Position numbers and translations under genes: made by a program. Source: a virus. Taken from it: a stretch of DNA of 64,000 nt. Location of the stretch: positions 31,827 to 95,826 of the IMG/VR virus record IMGVR_UViG_3300020731_000012, one strand, 5' to 3'. Below the pieces are notes generated by a model. It was not told where the DNA came from, ran no database searches, and saw nothing but the letters and a program-made list of their open reading frames with translations. Positions 20,054-29,973 of the stretch are shown here, piece after piece (position 1 is the stretch's first letter; the number at the start of each line of letters is the position of its first letter).

Positions 20054-20839
20054 ATGGATGATCTAGCACCGTCAGTAACGTCAAATTCCACAGCAGAACG
20101 TAATAAAGTATTTGATTATGTCAAACTTATGCTGGGCGACGGCATGGTTGAAGTTGAATTAGACCCTGCGCACTATGAAACTGCGCTAGATCGAGCGATC
20201 AATCGCTATCGTCAACGTAGCCCTAATGCTGTAGAAGAAAGCTATATGTTTTTAGAGCTGATACAGGATCAAAATGAATACAGATTACCGGATGAAGTTA
20301 TTACAGTTCGTCAAGTATTTCGCCGCGCTATCGGTAGCCGTACCGGTATTGGCGCTGGTGGTACTTTGTTTGAACCCTTTAACTTGGCATATACAAATAC
20401 ATATTTGATGTCAGGTAGCATGATGGGCGGCCTAGCAACATATGACATGTTTGCAGGATACCAAAAATTAGTAGGTCGTATGTTTGGTTCATACATAGAA
20501 TTTGTCTGGAAACCTACTACACACATATTAAACATACTACAACGTCCTTTCGCACAAGGCGAACAGATTCTAGTGCAAAGTTACAACTTCCGCCCTGACT
20601 GGGTCCTGTTGCAAGACACTTACGCTAAACAATGGTTAAAAGACTACACCTTAGCCACAGCTAAAATGATGCTAGGTGAAGCACGTAGCAAATTTACATC
20701 TATTGCGGGCCCGCAAAGTGGCATACAGTTGAACGGTACTGCTCTATTAAGCTCTGGTAAAGAAGAATTGGATAAACTAGATAAAGAATTAGAAACTCTA
20801 GTAGCAGGCGGTACTGGTTACTATTTCGTTCTTGGCTAA
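20054..20839 (+). CDS. gp13: neck protein / head-tail adaptor (T4 gp13-like)
   Basis: LMLGDGMVEVELDP..Y..A.D.A...WLKDYTLA.AK.MLGEARSKF..I.GP..GI.LNG; GGAGA RBS favours ATG 20054. Confidence 0.85.
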   Translation: MDDLAPSVTSNSTAERNKVFDYVKLMLGDGMVEVELDPAHYETALDRAINRYRQRSPNAVEESYMFLELIQDQNEYRLPDEVITVRQVFRRAIGSRTGIGAGGTLFEPFNLAYTNTYLMSGSMMGGLATYDMFAGYQKLVGRMFGSYIEFVWKPTTHILNILQRPFAQGEQILVQSYNFRPDWVLLQDTYAKQWLKDYTLATAKMMLGEARSKFTSIAGPQSGIQLNGTALLSSGKEELDKLDKELETLVAGGTGYYFVLG

Positions 20840-20846
20840 AAATAAT

Positions 20847-20875
20847 TTGACCTTGTAATAAAACTGTTATATAAT
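20847..20875 (+). promoter_or_regulatory. sigma70-type promoter for dNMP kinase
   Basis: TTGACC-N17-TATAAT. Confidence 0.7.
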
Positions 20876-20896
20876 AGCAGTAACTTAGGGGGTTCT

Positions 20897-21571
20897 ATGA
20901 TCATAGGTGTGTGTGGTTTTATTGGTTCGGGCAAAGATACCATTGCCGATTATCTTACTAATTTCCACGGATTTAGACGAGAAAGTTTTGCCAACAGTTT
21001 GAAAGATGCTGTAGCACAAGTATTTGGTTGGGATAGAACCATGCTTGAAGGCCGTACAAAAATGGCACGTGAGTGGCGTGAACAAGTAGATCCGTGGTGG
21101 TCAGAACGCCTAAACATGCCTAACCTAACTCCACGCTGGGTACTACAGTACTGGGGCACAGAAGTTTGCCGCAAAGCGTTCCATGACGATATTTGGATCG
21201 CATCATTAGAGAATAAACTACGCAACTCGAAAGATGACATAGTTATTAGTGACTGCCGTTTTCCTAATGAAATTAAGTCAATTAAAGATGCCGGCGGCAT
21301 TGTAATCCGTGTGGTTCGCGGTGCCGAACCTGATTGGTATCAAGTGGCAGAATACGCTAATCAAGGGCTAGAAATGTTCCAAGAAAAGCTAAAAACTCTA
21401 GGTATACACGCTAGTGAAACTGCTTGGGTTGGCACTAAATTTGACTACACTTTAGACAATAATGAAACTATTGACGACCTATACACTCAAGTGCAAAGCG
21501 TTATAGGTCTGGTACAAGATCCCCTTGACGCCAACGAACGCCCTCTTTATGTAGGACTCGAGCACAGTTAG
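20897..21571 (+). CDS. gp1: deoxynucleoside monophosphate kinase (T4 gp1-like)
   Basis: IIGVCGFIGSGKDT P-loop, SFA..LKD, TPRWVLQYWGTE, ISDCRFPNE, HASE. Confidence 0.92.
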   Translation: MIIGVCGFIGSGKDTIADYLTNFHGFRRESFANSLKDAVAQVFGWDRTMLEGRTKMAREWREQVDPWWSERLNMPNLTPRWVLQYWGTEVCRKAFHDDIWIASLENKLRNSKDDIVISDCRFPNEIKSIKDAGGIVIRVVRGAEPDWYQVAEYANQGLEMFQEKLKTLGIHASETAWVGTKFDYTLDNNETIDDLYTQVQSVIGLVQDPLDANERPLYVGLEHS

Positions 21572-21827
21572 CACACACAGTTTTCAGGTTAGAATGTCGA
21601 CAATTATCTAAGTTGCCGTCAACGTGAAACACAGTAAACACTTCACGATGCGGTGTTCTAAAACCACACTTGTCACACTTGTCTAGCATTTTATAACCAG
21701 CAGTTGCCCAGCGTGGTTGTTTAACTCCCCTGGCGCACAGCCCGCACTGACTCCTGTAAAATGCTTTACCATCCTTGTAATAGTTGATTGCAACAGGCGC
21801 TCGCCCGCATGTACACAAAGGTCTCAT
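21501..21827 (-). CDS. zinc-binding HNH-like protein
   Basis: Several CxxC pairs; HVDGNLDNCRHSNLKTVCANC HNH-like motif. Confidence 0.7.
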   Translation of the reverse strand: MRPLCTCGRAPVAINYYKDGKAFYRSQCGLCARGVKQPRWATAGYKMLDKCDKCGFRTPHREVFTVFHVDGNLDNCRHSNLKTVCANCARVLHKEGVRWRQGDLVPDL

Positions 21828-21932
21828 GTTTTTATTTAAGCCTTTTTGCGGCCTTTTTATAGGGTTATTACAGCTACAAATTATCCAAATGCCATAAATA
21901 CATTAACAGTATGTCATCATGGAGATAACACA

Positions 21933-24900
21933 ATGGCTCAATTAAGTTCACCAGGCGTAAGCGTAACCGTTATAGACGAAAGTTTCTATACACCCGCTGC
22001 CGCAGGAACCGTACCCTTATTCATCGTTGCTTCGGCACAAAACAAACAAAATGGCGCAGGAACAGGTACAGCACCTGGTACACTAAAAGCCAACGCAGGT
22101 ACTGTATACTTGCTAACAAGTCAGAAAGATCTAAGCGACACATTTGGTGTTCCAACGTTCTATACAGATTCTAGCAATAACCCAATTCATGCAGGCGAAC
22201 AAAATGAATATGGTCTAGAAGCTGCCTATAGTTTCTTGGGAGTTTCAAATCGTGCATACGTTGTACGTGCTGACATCGACCTAGCTGGCCTAACTGCTTC
22301 AGCTACAGCTCCAACAAGTCCTCCAGCAGATGGTACATATTGGTTAGATACAACCGATACAAAATGGGGTGTATTCCAGTGGAATCAGAATGCCGCAACT
22401 ACAACAGGCGGACAACAATTTGGTGTACAAAACGTAACAGTTATCACTGATTCAACACTAGTAAGCGGTGGCACTCCACTAGCGAGCTATGGTACTATTG
22501 GTCAGTATGTTATCGTTGCCACAACTACACTATTAAAACTATGGTTCAAGAAACCTCTTACTAGCACTCCAGCTGGTACATGGGTTGAAGTTGGTACAAG
22601 TTCTTGGGCCGCAAGTTGGCCAACAGCAACAGGTACAGTTGCAAGTCCAACACTATTAAGCGGTGATAGCATTGTTATTAACGGAACAAGTATTACTGGT
22701 GTTACTAACCTAGCTGGGTTGAACACAGCAATTAACAGTAACTCAACATTGACTTCAGCTGGTATTACTTCAGCTGTGATTAACAATTATCTAGTGTTGT
22801 ACAGCAATGGTACTAACACAAACAATCCTACATATCCAGGTGCGATCACAATCAGCGGTACAACAGTTGCCAAAGTTGGTCTAAATCAAGGTTCAAACTT
22901 GTCAGCAACCAGCTGGATTTATCTAGCTCCACAGCTACAGATCAGCGCACATACAAGTGTTCCACTATTCAAGATCACAGACGTTACAGCATCAGTTAAC
23001 GGTGCTCCAACAGGTAGCCTATGGTTGAAAACAACTACTGCTAACCTAGGCGCAGACTTTATTGTACAAAAATACAATGCGGCTGCTACAGCGTTCCAAG
23101 CACAAACAGTTGGCGTTTACCAAAACGGCAGTTCAGCTAACTACTACCTAGATCCAACAGGTGGTGGTATTAACTTGCCAATTGGTACAGTATATGCCAA
23201 GTATAACGACGGCGAAGCGGCTTCGTCATTAACTAACTTCAAACTCTACATCCGTACTGGTGTAGGCTATACAACCCTAGTGTCAAACATTATTGGTACT
23301 AGTACATTTACATCAGGAACTAACACATTCACCCTAAGTGAAAGTTATGTTGGTCAAGCCGCAATGGGCACACCACTAACAGTTTCATTTACAGCCGCAG
23401 GCACTAGTGCTGATGCACAGGCACTGTTAACAGCTATCAATGCCGCAGGATTTACTAATGTTCAAGCTAGCCTAAACACTAATAATTCAATTACAATTAT
23501 TCATAATGACGGCGGCGAAATGCGTTTTGTAGACGGTACTAATTTGCCAATCAGCAAACTGTTTGCAGTAGGTACAACAGCTAACTTCTTCTCTAACCCA
23601 GCAGGTACTGCCAATGCTTATGTAGCTAGCTTATGGAGTCCAACAATTTCAGGTGCAAGTTTCTACACAGCATCGGCAAGTGCCCCGACAGCGATTCCTG
23701 CAAACGGTACATATTGGTATGATTCAGCAGTTACTGATGTTGATATTATGGTCAACAACGGAACAAGTTGGGTTGGATATCTAAACTATACACAAAACCA
23801 AGCAGGTGGTTCAACAACAGATCCAAATGGTCCAATCGTTTCAGCATCACAGCCTACAACACAAAGCGGTGGAACTGCATTGGCCAACGGTGATATATGG
23901 ATCAGCACAGCTAACTTAGATGATTTCCCAACAATCTACAAGTATAATTACTTGACTAAACAATGGGTACTGATTGACAACACTGACCATACTAGCGAAA
24001 ACGGCATTATATTTGCCGATGCACGTTGGGGAACAAGTGGTGCAACATCAGGCACAGCTGGTTCAATCGTTGCACTATTAACTTCAAACTTTGTAGATCC
24101 AGACTGCCCAAGTCCAGCACTGTATCCAAAAGGAACATTGTTGTGGAATCTACGTCGTTCAAGCTATAATGTTAAGAAATATGTAAGTGGTTACATTAAC
24201 ACAACCTTACGCAACACAATTTATAACAACGAAGTAATGACCAGCTACTTTGCTGATCGTTGGGTTTCACAAGCTCCAAATGATTATCAAGGCGAAGGAC
24301 AGTTTGGCCGCCATGCTCAACGTGCAGTTGTATTGTCAGCACTAGAAGCACTGGCCAACAGCAATCAACAAATCCGTGACACAGAATCACGTGTGTTTAA
24401 CTTGATGGCTTGCCCAGGTTACCCAGAAATGATTCAACCACTAGTGAACCTAAACTATGATCGTGGATTAACTACATTTGTAGTCGGTGACACACCAGCA
24501 CGTTTAACACCTGATGCTACAACATTAAGTAATTGGGGTAACAACGTTAACCTTGCACCAGACAACGGTGATGTAGGACTAGTAACTACAGATCCATACT
24601 TGGGTGTTTACTATCCATGGGGTTATACAACTGACTTATTAGGTAACAACATTGTTGTTCCGCCAAGCCATATGATGCTACGTACAATCGCATTAAGCGA
24701 CAATGTTTCTTATCCATGGTTTGCACCAGCTGGTACACGTCGTGGTGGTGTTACAAATGCAAGTTCAACAGGTTATGTTGACACAGCTACCGGAGAATTT
24801 ACGGCTGTAGCACTGAACACAGGACAACGTGATACACTAGCAGGTGTACATGTTAATCCAGTAACATATCTAACAGGAACTGGTTTAGTTGCTTACGGTC

Positions 24901-25259
24901 AATACACTCGTCAGCTAACAGCTAGCAGTTTAGATCGTATCAACGTGGCACGTTTAGTAGTGTATCTACGTCGTCAGCTAGATTTATTGGCTAAACCATA
25001 CATCTTTGAACCAAACGATACAATTACACGTAACCAAATTAAACAGGCAGCAGAACAGCTATTGCTAGAACTAGTAGGTCAACGTGCTATCTATGACTTC
25101 TTAGTAGTTTGTGATACAAGTAACAACACACCTGCAAGAATAGATCGCAGTGAGCTATACCTAGATATTGCGATTGAACCAGTTAAGGCAGTGGAATTCA
25201 TTTACATTCCATTGCGTTTGAAAAATACTGGAGCAATTAAAGGCCTAGGCGGCGTATAA
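21933..25259 (+). CDS. gp18: contractile tail sheath protein (T4 gp18-like), enlarged
   Basis: N-term LSSPGVSVTVIDES; C-term YYPWG, VPPS, PWFAPAGTRRG, DRINVARL, FEPND, DIAIEPVKAVEFIYI; GGAGA RBS before ATG 21933. Confidence 0.95.
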   Translation: MAQLSSPGVSVTVIDESFYTPAAAGTVPLFIVASAQNKQNGAGTGTAPGTLKANAGTVYLLTSQKDLSDTFGVPTFYTDSSNNPIHAGEQNEYGLEAAYSFLGVSNRAYVVRADIDLAGLTASATAPTSPPADGTYWLDTTDTKWGVFQWNQNAATTTGGQQFGVQNVTVITDSTLVSGGTPLASYGTIGQYVIVATTTLLKLWFKKPLTSTPAGTWVEVGTSSWAASWPTATGTVASPTLLSGDSIVINGTSITGVTNLAGLNTAINSNSTLTSAGITSAVINNYLVLYSNGTNTNNPTYPGAITISGTTVAKVGLNQGSNLSATSWIYLAPQLQISAHTSVPLFKITDVTASVNGAPTGSLWLKTTTANLGADFIVQKYNAAATAFQAQTVGVYQNGSSANYYLDPTGGGINLPIGTVYAKYNDGEAASSLTNFKLYIRTGVGYTTLVSNIIGTSTFTSGTNTFTLSESYVGQAAMGTPLTVSFTAAGTSADAQALLTAINAAGFTNVQASLNTNNSITIIHNDGGEMRFVDGTNLPISKLFAVGTTANFFSNPAGTANAYVASLWSPTISGASFYTASASAPTAIPANGTYWYDSAVTDVDIMVNNGTSWVGYLNYTQNQAGGSTTDPNGPIVSASQPTTQSGGTALANGDIWISTANLDDFPTIYKYNYLTKQWVLIDNTDHTSENGIIFADARWGTSGATSGTAGSIVALLTSNFVDPDCPSPALYPKGTLLWNLRRSSYNVKKYVSGYINTTLRNTIYNNEVMTSYFADRWVSQAPNDYQGEGQFGRHAQRAVVLSALEALANSNQQIRDTESRVFNLMACPGYPEMIQPLVNLNYDRGLTTFVVGDTPARLTPDATTLSNWGNNVNLAPDNGDVGLVTTDPYLGVYYPWGYTTDLLGNNIVVPPSHMMLRTIALSDNVSYPWFAPAGTRRGGVTNASSTGYVDTATGEFTAVALNTGQRDTLAGVHVNPVTYLTGTGLVAYGQYTRQLTASSLDRINVARLVVYLRRQLDLLAKPYIFEPNDTITRNQIKQAAEQLLLELVGQRAIYDFLVVCDTSNNTPARIDRSELYLDIAIEPVKAVEFIYIPLRLKNTGAIKGLGGV

Positions 25260-25274
25260 TTAGGAGAATATTAA

Positions 25275-25925
25275 ATGTCAATCGCAAGTTTATCAAGATT
25301 TACAGTACCACTAGCTAGCAATCAAAGCTCTGCAACGCAGGGCTTGTTGATGCCAAAACTAAGCTATCGTTTTAGAATTAGCTTTGAAAACTTTGGTGTT
25401 AGCGGTCAAACTGTTGAATTAACCAAGCAAGTATCAGAAGCCGCTCGTCCAAACGTACAGTTTGAAGACAAGACTATTGAAGTTTACAACAGTAAAATTC
25501 ACTATGCTGGCAAACCAACATGGCAGAAACTAACTGTCAAACTACGTGATGACGTTACCAACGCTGTTACTAAGTTAGTTGGCGAACAGAATCAGAAACA
25601 ATTCGACTTCTTTGAACAAAGCAGTGCGGCTTCAGGCGGCGACTACAAGTTCTTGATGCGTATCGAAATGTTAGACGGCGGTAACGGTGCTGAAGGTGTT
25701 AATGTACTAGAAGAGTGGGAACTATATGGTTGCTATCTAGCCGACACCAACTACGAAGCGTTAAAATATGCAGGTGCAGATGTACAAATGATTACCCTAG
25801 GTATTCAATATGACAACGCACAGCAGATTATTCCAGCTGGCGGAATGGGCGCACAAGGATTTACACAAACACGTGGCACTATGGCAACTGGTGCTGGCGG
25901 TACACAAACCAACGGTGGTGGTTAA
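25275..25925 (+). CDS. gp19: tail tube protein (T4 gp19-like)
   Basis: Follows sheath; PK..YRFR..F...RP.V.F......Y......AGK..W......RDD...W.L.GC...I.YD. Confidence 0.88.
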   Translation: MSIASLSRFTVPLASNQSSATQGLLMPKLSYRFRISFENFGVSGQTVELTKQVSEAARPNVQFEDKTIEVYNSKIHYAGKPTWQKLTVKLRDDVTNAVTKLVGEQNQKQFDFFEQSSAASGGDYKFLMRIEMLDGGNGAEGVNVLEEWELYGCYLADTNYEALKYAGADVQMITLGIQYDNAQQIIPAGGMGAQGFTQTRGTMATGAGGTQTNGGG

Positions 25926-25926
25926 T

Positions 25927-25951
25927 AAAAACCCGCTTAGGCGGGTTTTTT
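25927..25951 (+). terminator. intrinsic terminator
   Basis: AAAAACCCGC-TTAG-GCGGGTTTTTT. Confidence 0.9.
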
Positions 25952-25998
25952 ATTAGGTTGCCATTAACTGACCAGTTAATTCATTCGATAAATACTGT

Positions 25999-27000
25999 AT
26001 GGCATTCACACTTAACAGTCAATTAAATAATAGCACTAATGTTCTGTTGCGAGACCAACAACATGCGGCTCGTCTATTTGTAGACGATCAGTTTCGTCTC
26101 GCTCCTAAATTTAATTTTTTATTCCATGTAGCTTTTGGTATTAACACAGGCACAGTTAAAACACTAGATCTAGTACAACGTTATGGTAACGAAATAGGCA
26201 TGTTAGTAAAAAGTGTTGCCTTGCCAAAATTTACTGTTACTGTTGATCAAGTTAATCAATATAACCGTAAAAAACAAATACAAACATTTCACAAGTACGA
26301 AGATATTACAATTAAACTTCATGACGACAACATGAGTTTGATCAACAACTTGTGGCAAAATTATTACAGTTACTATTTTGCAGACAGCACTAGTGCGACA
26401 TCTCCGGGTGCTTACAATAGAAATGCTACTAGAAGCTATGATTATATTAATAATCCATACGGTCTAGACAACGGCAGTACTCAACCATTCTTTAGCTATA
26501 TAAAAATCTATCAAATGGCCCGACACGAATATGTCAGCTATACTCTTTATAATCCTATAATCAAGTCGTGGGATCATTCACTGGTAGACTATGCTAGCAA
26601 AGACACTCACGATTTTCAAATGACTGTCAGCTATGAAGCTGTCAGCTATGACTTTGGTAATGTAACACAAGGAGATCCAATTGGTTTTGGTCAAGAGCAT
26701 TATGATCAGACTCTAAGCCCTCTGCAAGGACAGAAAGATCCGGTTAAAGTAACACCGTCTCTTGTCAATAACACTAACCTTACTAATAACGCCAGTTCGT
26801 TTTTGTCTAATCTAGTGACAACAAACAATGCTTATCAAAATACACAACAGACTGCTACAGCAGTTACTCCAGGATTATTAACACCGTCAGTTAGTCCAGG
26901 AGCTGGCGGCATACAAAATACTATATTTCCAGCGGCCGCAAATGCCGCTAATAGTGTCAACAATGCTCAATCATTAATATTAGGAGGTGGAGGTGGCTAG
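25999..27000 (+). CDS. tube-fold baseplate protein (gp54/gp48-like tail-tube initiator)
   Basis: PKF.FLFHV.F...VK.V.LPKF......NQYNRK......YE.I.I..HDD...L.NP.I..W...YE tube-like pattern. Confidence 0.65.
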   Translation: MAFTLNSQLNNSTNVLLRDQQHAARLFVDDQFRLAPKFNFLFHVAFGINTGTVKTLDLVQRYGNEIGMLVKSVALPKFTVTVDQVNQYNRKKQIQTFHKYEDITIKLHDDNMSLINNLWQNYYSYYFADSTSATSPGAYNRNATRSYDYINNPYGLDNGSTQPFFSYIKIYQMARHEYVSYTLYNPIIKSWDHSLVDYASKDTHDFQMTVSYEAVSYDFGNVTQGDPIGFGQEHYDQTLSPLQGQKDPVKVTPSLVNNTNLTNNASSFLSNLVTTNNAYQNTQQTATAVTPGLLTPSVSPGAGGIQNTIFPAAANAANSVNNAQSLILGGGGG

Positions 27001-27358
27001 TAATTTACCGGGAGGAGCTCCATCATCTCCTCCAGATACTAAACAATTTTTTGATAAATTTTTTGTCAATCAGCTGAGCTTCCCCGCAGGTGAAATTGAT
27101 GCCACTATAGCATTTTTTGTCAAACGTGGTTTTGACATTGAAAGTGCTCGTAGTACTGCTATAGTATTACTAAATCAAGCTCGCATTGACAATGTTAATG
27201 TGTTTCAACTGCTTGACACCATGAAGTCATTAACTGATGTACAGCTTAGTCAAGTGGTCGCTCAAGTACTTAATGCCTATAGAGAAAAGACAAGCCTATT
27301 AGGATATCGTGTAGCACCTGTAATTAATCTCTACGAATCACGTAACATTTTGGTGTAA
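26993..27358 (+). CDS. hypothetical protein
   Basis: ORF in late operon; GTG 26993 preceded by GGAGG. Confidence 0.55.
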   Translation: MASNLPGGAPSSPPDTKQFFDKFFVNQLSFPAGEIDATIAFFVKRGFDIESARSTAIVLLNQARIDNVNVFQLLDTMKSLTDVQLSQVVAQVLNAYREKTSLLGYRVAPVINLYESRNILV

Positions 27359-27359
27359 T

Positions 27360-27788
27360 ATGGCTAAATTTGCCCAAGGTAAATTTAATATGAAACACCC
27401 AGAAAAGTATGTAGGTACTAAGATTCCCACGTACAGATCATCATGGGAATGGAGTTTCATGAATTTTTGCGACACCAACGTAAATGTAGCCAGTTGGGCT
27501 AGCGAAGCTGTACAAATACCCTACAGAGATCCACTCACCGGCAAGCAAACAGTCTATGTGCCAGATTTCTTTATACAGTATAGAGATAAATTTGGACAGG
27601 TACTAACTGAACTAATAGAAATTAAACCAGCTAGTCAAACTATTCTAGAACGTGTAGGCAAAAACAAATACAATCAAGCACAGTACATAAAAAATCAAGC
27701 CAAGTGGGCTGCCGCTAATCTTTGGTGCAGACAGCAGGGTTTGAAATTCCGTGTAGTCAACGAAAATGATTTATTCAGCCAAACCTAG
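27360..27788 (+). CDS. gp4: head completion nuclease (T4 gp4-like)
   Basis: GKF..KHPEKY.G....YRSSWE..FM.FCD...WASE...IPY...YVPDF...EIKP...N.AKW.AA. Confidence 0.9.
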   Translation: MAKFAQGKFNMKHPEKYVGTKIPTYRSSWEWSFMNFCDTNVNVASWASEAVQIPYRDPLTGKQTVYVPDFFIQYRDKFGQVLTELIEIKPASQTILERVGKNKYNQAQYIKNQAKWAAANLWCRQQGLKFRVVNENDLFSQT

Positions 27789-27802
27789 GCATAAGTAATA
27801 GT

Positions 27803-28288
27803 ATGACTAAAAAACTTGAAGAACTTTTAAACTTACCTGAAAGCAAGAAAATTGTCAAACAGGATGATAAAAAACGAGCAGAGGCCCTGCCGGCCGCACA
27901 ACCGTTATTGCGCGACATTAGCGAATTTGACAAAATTGCTGCCGCACTACCCGCTGTAAAAGGACTGGGAGATATGGCAGATAGCGAGCTAGATGATCTA
28001 GCTAAACGTGCTACAGAAGCCTATGAAGACATCATGGATCTAGGTATGAATGTTGAAGCACGATACAGCGGACGTCTATTTGAAGTAGCCGCTAGTATGC
28101 TGGGCAATGCCATTCAAGCTAAGACTGCTAAACTAGATAAAAAGTTAAAAATGATTGATTTACAGTTGAAAAAGCAGAAATTAGACCAAGAAGCTAACTC
28201 AGCAGATGAGGGAGTTACACTACAAGGCGATGGAGTTATTATTACTGATCGCAATAGTTTGTTAGAAAAATTAAAGAACTTGAAATAA
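27803..28288 (+). CDS. probable terminase small subunit
   Basis: Helical; DIMDLG.NVE.R..GRLFEVA..ML resembles the gp16 core; upstream of large terminase. Confidence 0.55.
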   Translation: MTKKLEELLNLPESKKIVKQDDKKRAEALPAAQPLLRDISEFDKIAAALPAVKGLGDMADSELDDLAKRATEAYEDIMDLGMNVEARYSGRLFEVAASMLGNAIQAKTAKLDKKLKMIDLQLKKQKLDQEANSADEGVTLQGDGVIITDRNSLLEKLKNLK

Positions 28289-28309
28289 ATACTACATCAG
28301 GAATTGACT

Positions 28310-28972
28310 ATGAAATCGTACAAAGAATATTTAATGGAAAGCCAGAAAGTATACACTTTCAAGGTAAAAATTGCGGGCACTTGCCCTAAAGATTGTAAAA
28401 AAGTTATCGAATCAGGACTAGCACAGTTTGATGTAAGTTCAGTAAGTTCAGGTAAAACAACTCCAATCACAGTTAACCAACATGAATTTCCAGAGCACAA
28501 AAATATTGAAGTGACAATTTTTGATGTTACAACAAAATATCCAGCAACTAGTAAACAAGTACAAGATAAACTTTCACATGTCATTGGCAAACCATTAAAT
28601 GAAATCCGTGTACGCAACGAATGGGAAGAGCGTGAAATTGAAATTAATCACGAGTATGATGAAGTTACAGGTAAAGCTCTTGTTGGTACACCTTATGAAC
28701 CTAGCGATAATCAAGACAAAGTTGGTGTAAAACATGCCATGACTTTCCTGAAAGAATTAGAAAAGAATAAACTACAATTAGAAAAAATTGAAGGTATTAA
28801 TGATCAACTATTTCCTGCTACTGTAAGAGAAACTGAACAAGCAGAACAAAGCCGAACTGCTGACAAGTCAGGTATGACTAGCCCAGTCGGCACTAATAAA
28901 ACTAAACTAAATGCATGGTCAGCTAGTAGACATAATAGTCTAGAAGTTCCGGCCAAGGCAAAAGGAAAATAA
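28310..28972 (+). CDS. hypothetical protein, candidate internal head protein
   Basis: N-terminus MKSYKEYLME resembles the T4 capsid-targeting sequence. Confidence 0.55.
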   Translation: MKSYKEYLMESQKVYTFKVKIAGTCPKDCKKVIESGLAQFDVSSVSSGKTTPITVNQHEFPEHKNIEVTIFDVTTKYPATSKQVQDKLSHVIGKPLNEIRVRNEWEEREIEINHEYDEVTGKALVGTPYEPSDNQDKVGVKHAMTFLKELEKNKLQLEKIEGINDQLFPATVRETEQAEQSRTADKSGMTSPVGTNKTKLNAWSASRHNSLEVPAKAKGK

Positions 28973-28973
28973 T

Positions 28974-29897
28974 ATGAACTTTAGAGATCTTGCAGAACGC
29001 TTACGTAGCATCGAAGAAAGTCCAGCACAATTACAAATTGACGGTACACCGCCTGTAGAAGAGTGCGGCGAGATGCCTATGCCAACAGCTATGATACAAC
29101 ATGCTCCATCACAACAGGACAATGTATCAATGAGCGTTAACATGAATGGTCAAGGAGCCGGCGGCATCAAAGACCTAATGGACATTTTACGCAATATTGA
29201 AAAAGGTGCAGAACATGGTACAGCACCAATGACAAGCCCAGCGCACACTGCTGAACCAGAAATTAAAGTGTTAGATGATTTATTATCAGCTGATCCAGAA
29301 ACCAGTATCGCTGGTGGTGCAGGTGACGAGACAGTTGCAGGCGAAGGTAGCGAGCAAACTGTAATTGGTCATGATGTTGACGATGACAAAGAACATGATA
29401 TACAAAACCGTCCACATCGTGTAACCTATAACGTTGATACAATTACACGTCACGGCGATGATCTATTAAGCAAGGGCGATGTTAAACGTCTAAAAGTTAA
29501 TGGCGGTGAAAATCCATTACAAGAAGGCCTAGTTGAAAGACTACAAAGTCTATATGATTCAATTAAAGAAGCAGAAGGCGACAAGCGAACAATGAGTCGT
29601 GCCGCTAAAGGCGTTATGAAGTACGGTAAGGACGGAATGAAAGCTCTAGCCAAAGCTGGTAAAGAAGGCAAAGATTTAGACAAAGTCCGTGACAAATATA
29701 ACAAGTACGATGAAGCCTATAATCCCAACTCGGCAAGCGCAGAACATCGTCGTAAAATGGACAAACATACTCACGATACATTAAAAGCTGCCGCTGAAAA
29801 AGAAGGCGCAACTGATGCTGATAAAGCACGTTACAAACGTTACCAAGATCGTAAAGAAGCTATGAGAGATGAATACAACGCTCGTATGGAAAGATAA
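28974..29897 (+). CDS. hypothetical acidic/basic protein, candidate head core protein
   Basis: 307 aa, low complexity, acidic middle and Lys/Arg-rich C-terminus. Confidence 0.5.
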   Translation: MNFRDLAERLRSIEESPAQLQIDGTPPVEECGEMPMPTAMIQHAPSQQDNVSMSVNMNGQGAGGIKDLMDILRNIEKGAEHGTAPMTSPAHTAEPEIKVLDDLLSADPETSIAGGAGDETVAGEGSEQTVIGHDVDDDKEHDIQNRPHRVTYNVDTITRHGDDLLSKGDVKRLKVNGGENPLQEGLVERLQSLYDSIKEAEGDKRTMSRAAKGVMKYGKDGMKALAKAGKEGKDLDKVRDKYNKYDEAYNPNSASAEHRRKMDKHTHDTLKAAAEKEGATDADKARYKRYQDRKEAMRDEYNARMER

Positions 29898-29931
29898 GAT
29901 TCGTCGCAGTTAGCACCCTGTCCAAGGTGCC

Positions 29932-29959
29932 AAATAGACCCTTCGGGGTCTATTTTTTT
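29932..29959 (+). terminator. intrinsic terminator
   Basis: AAATAGACCC-TTCG-GGGTCTATTTTTTT. Confidence 0.9.
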
Positions 29960-29973
29960 ATGTAAATAATGTT

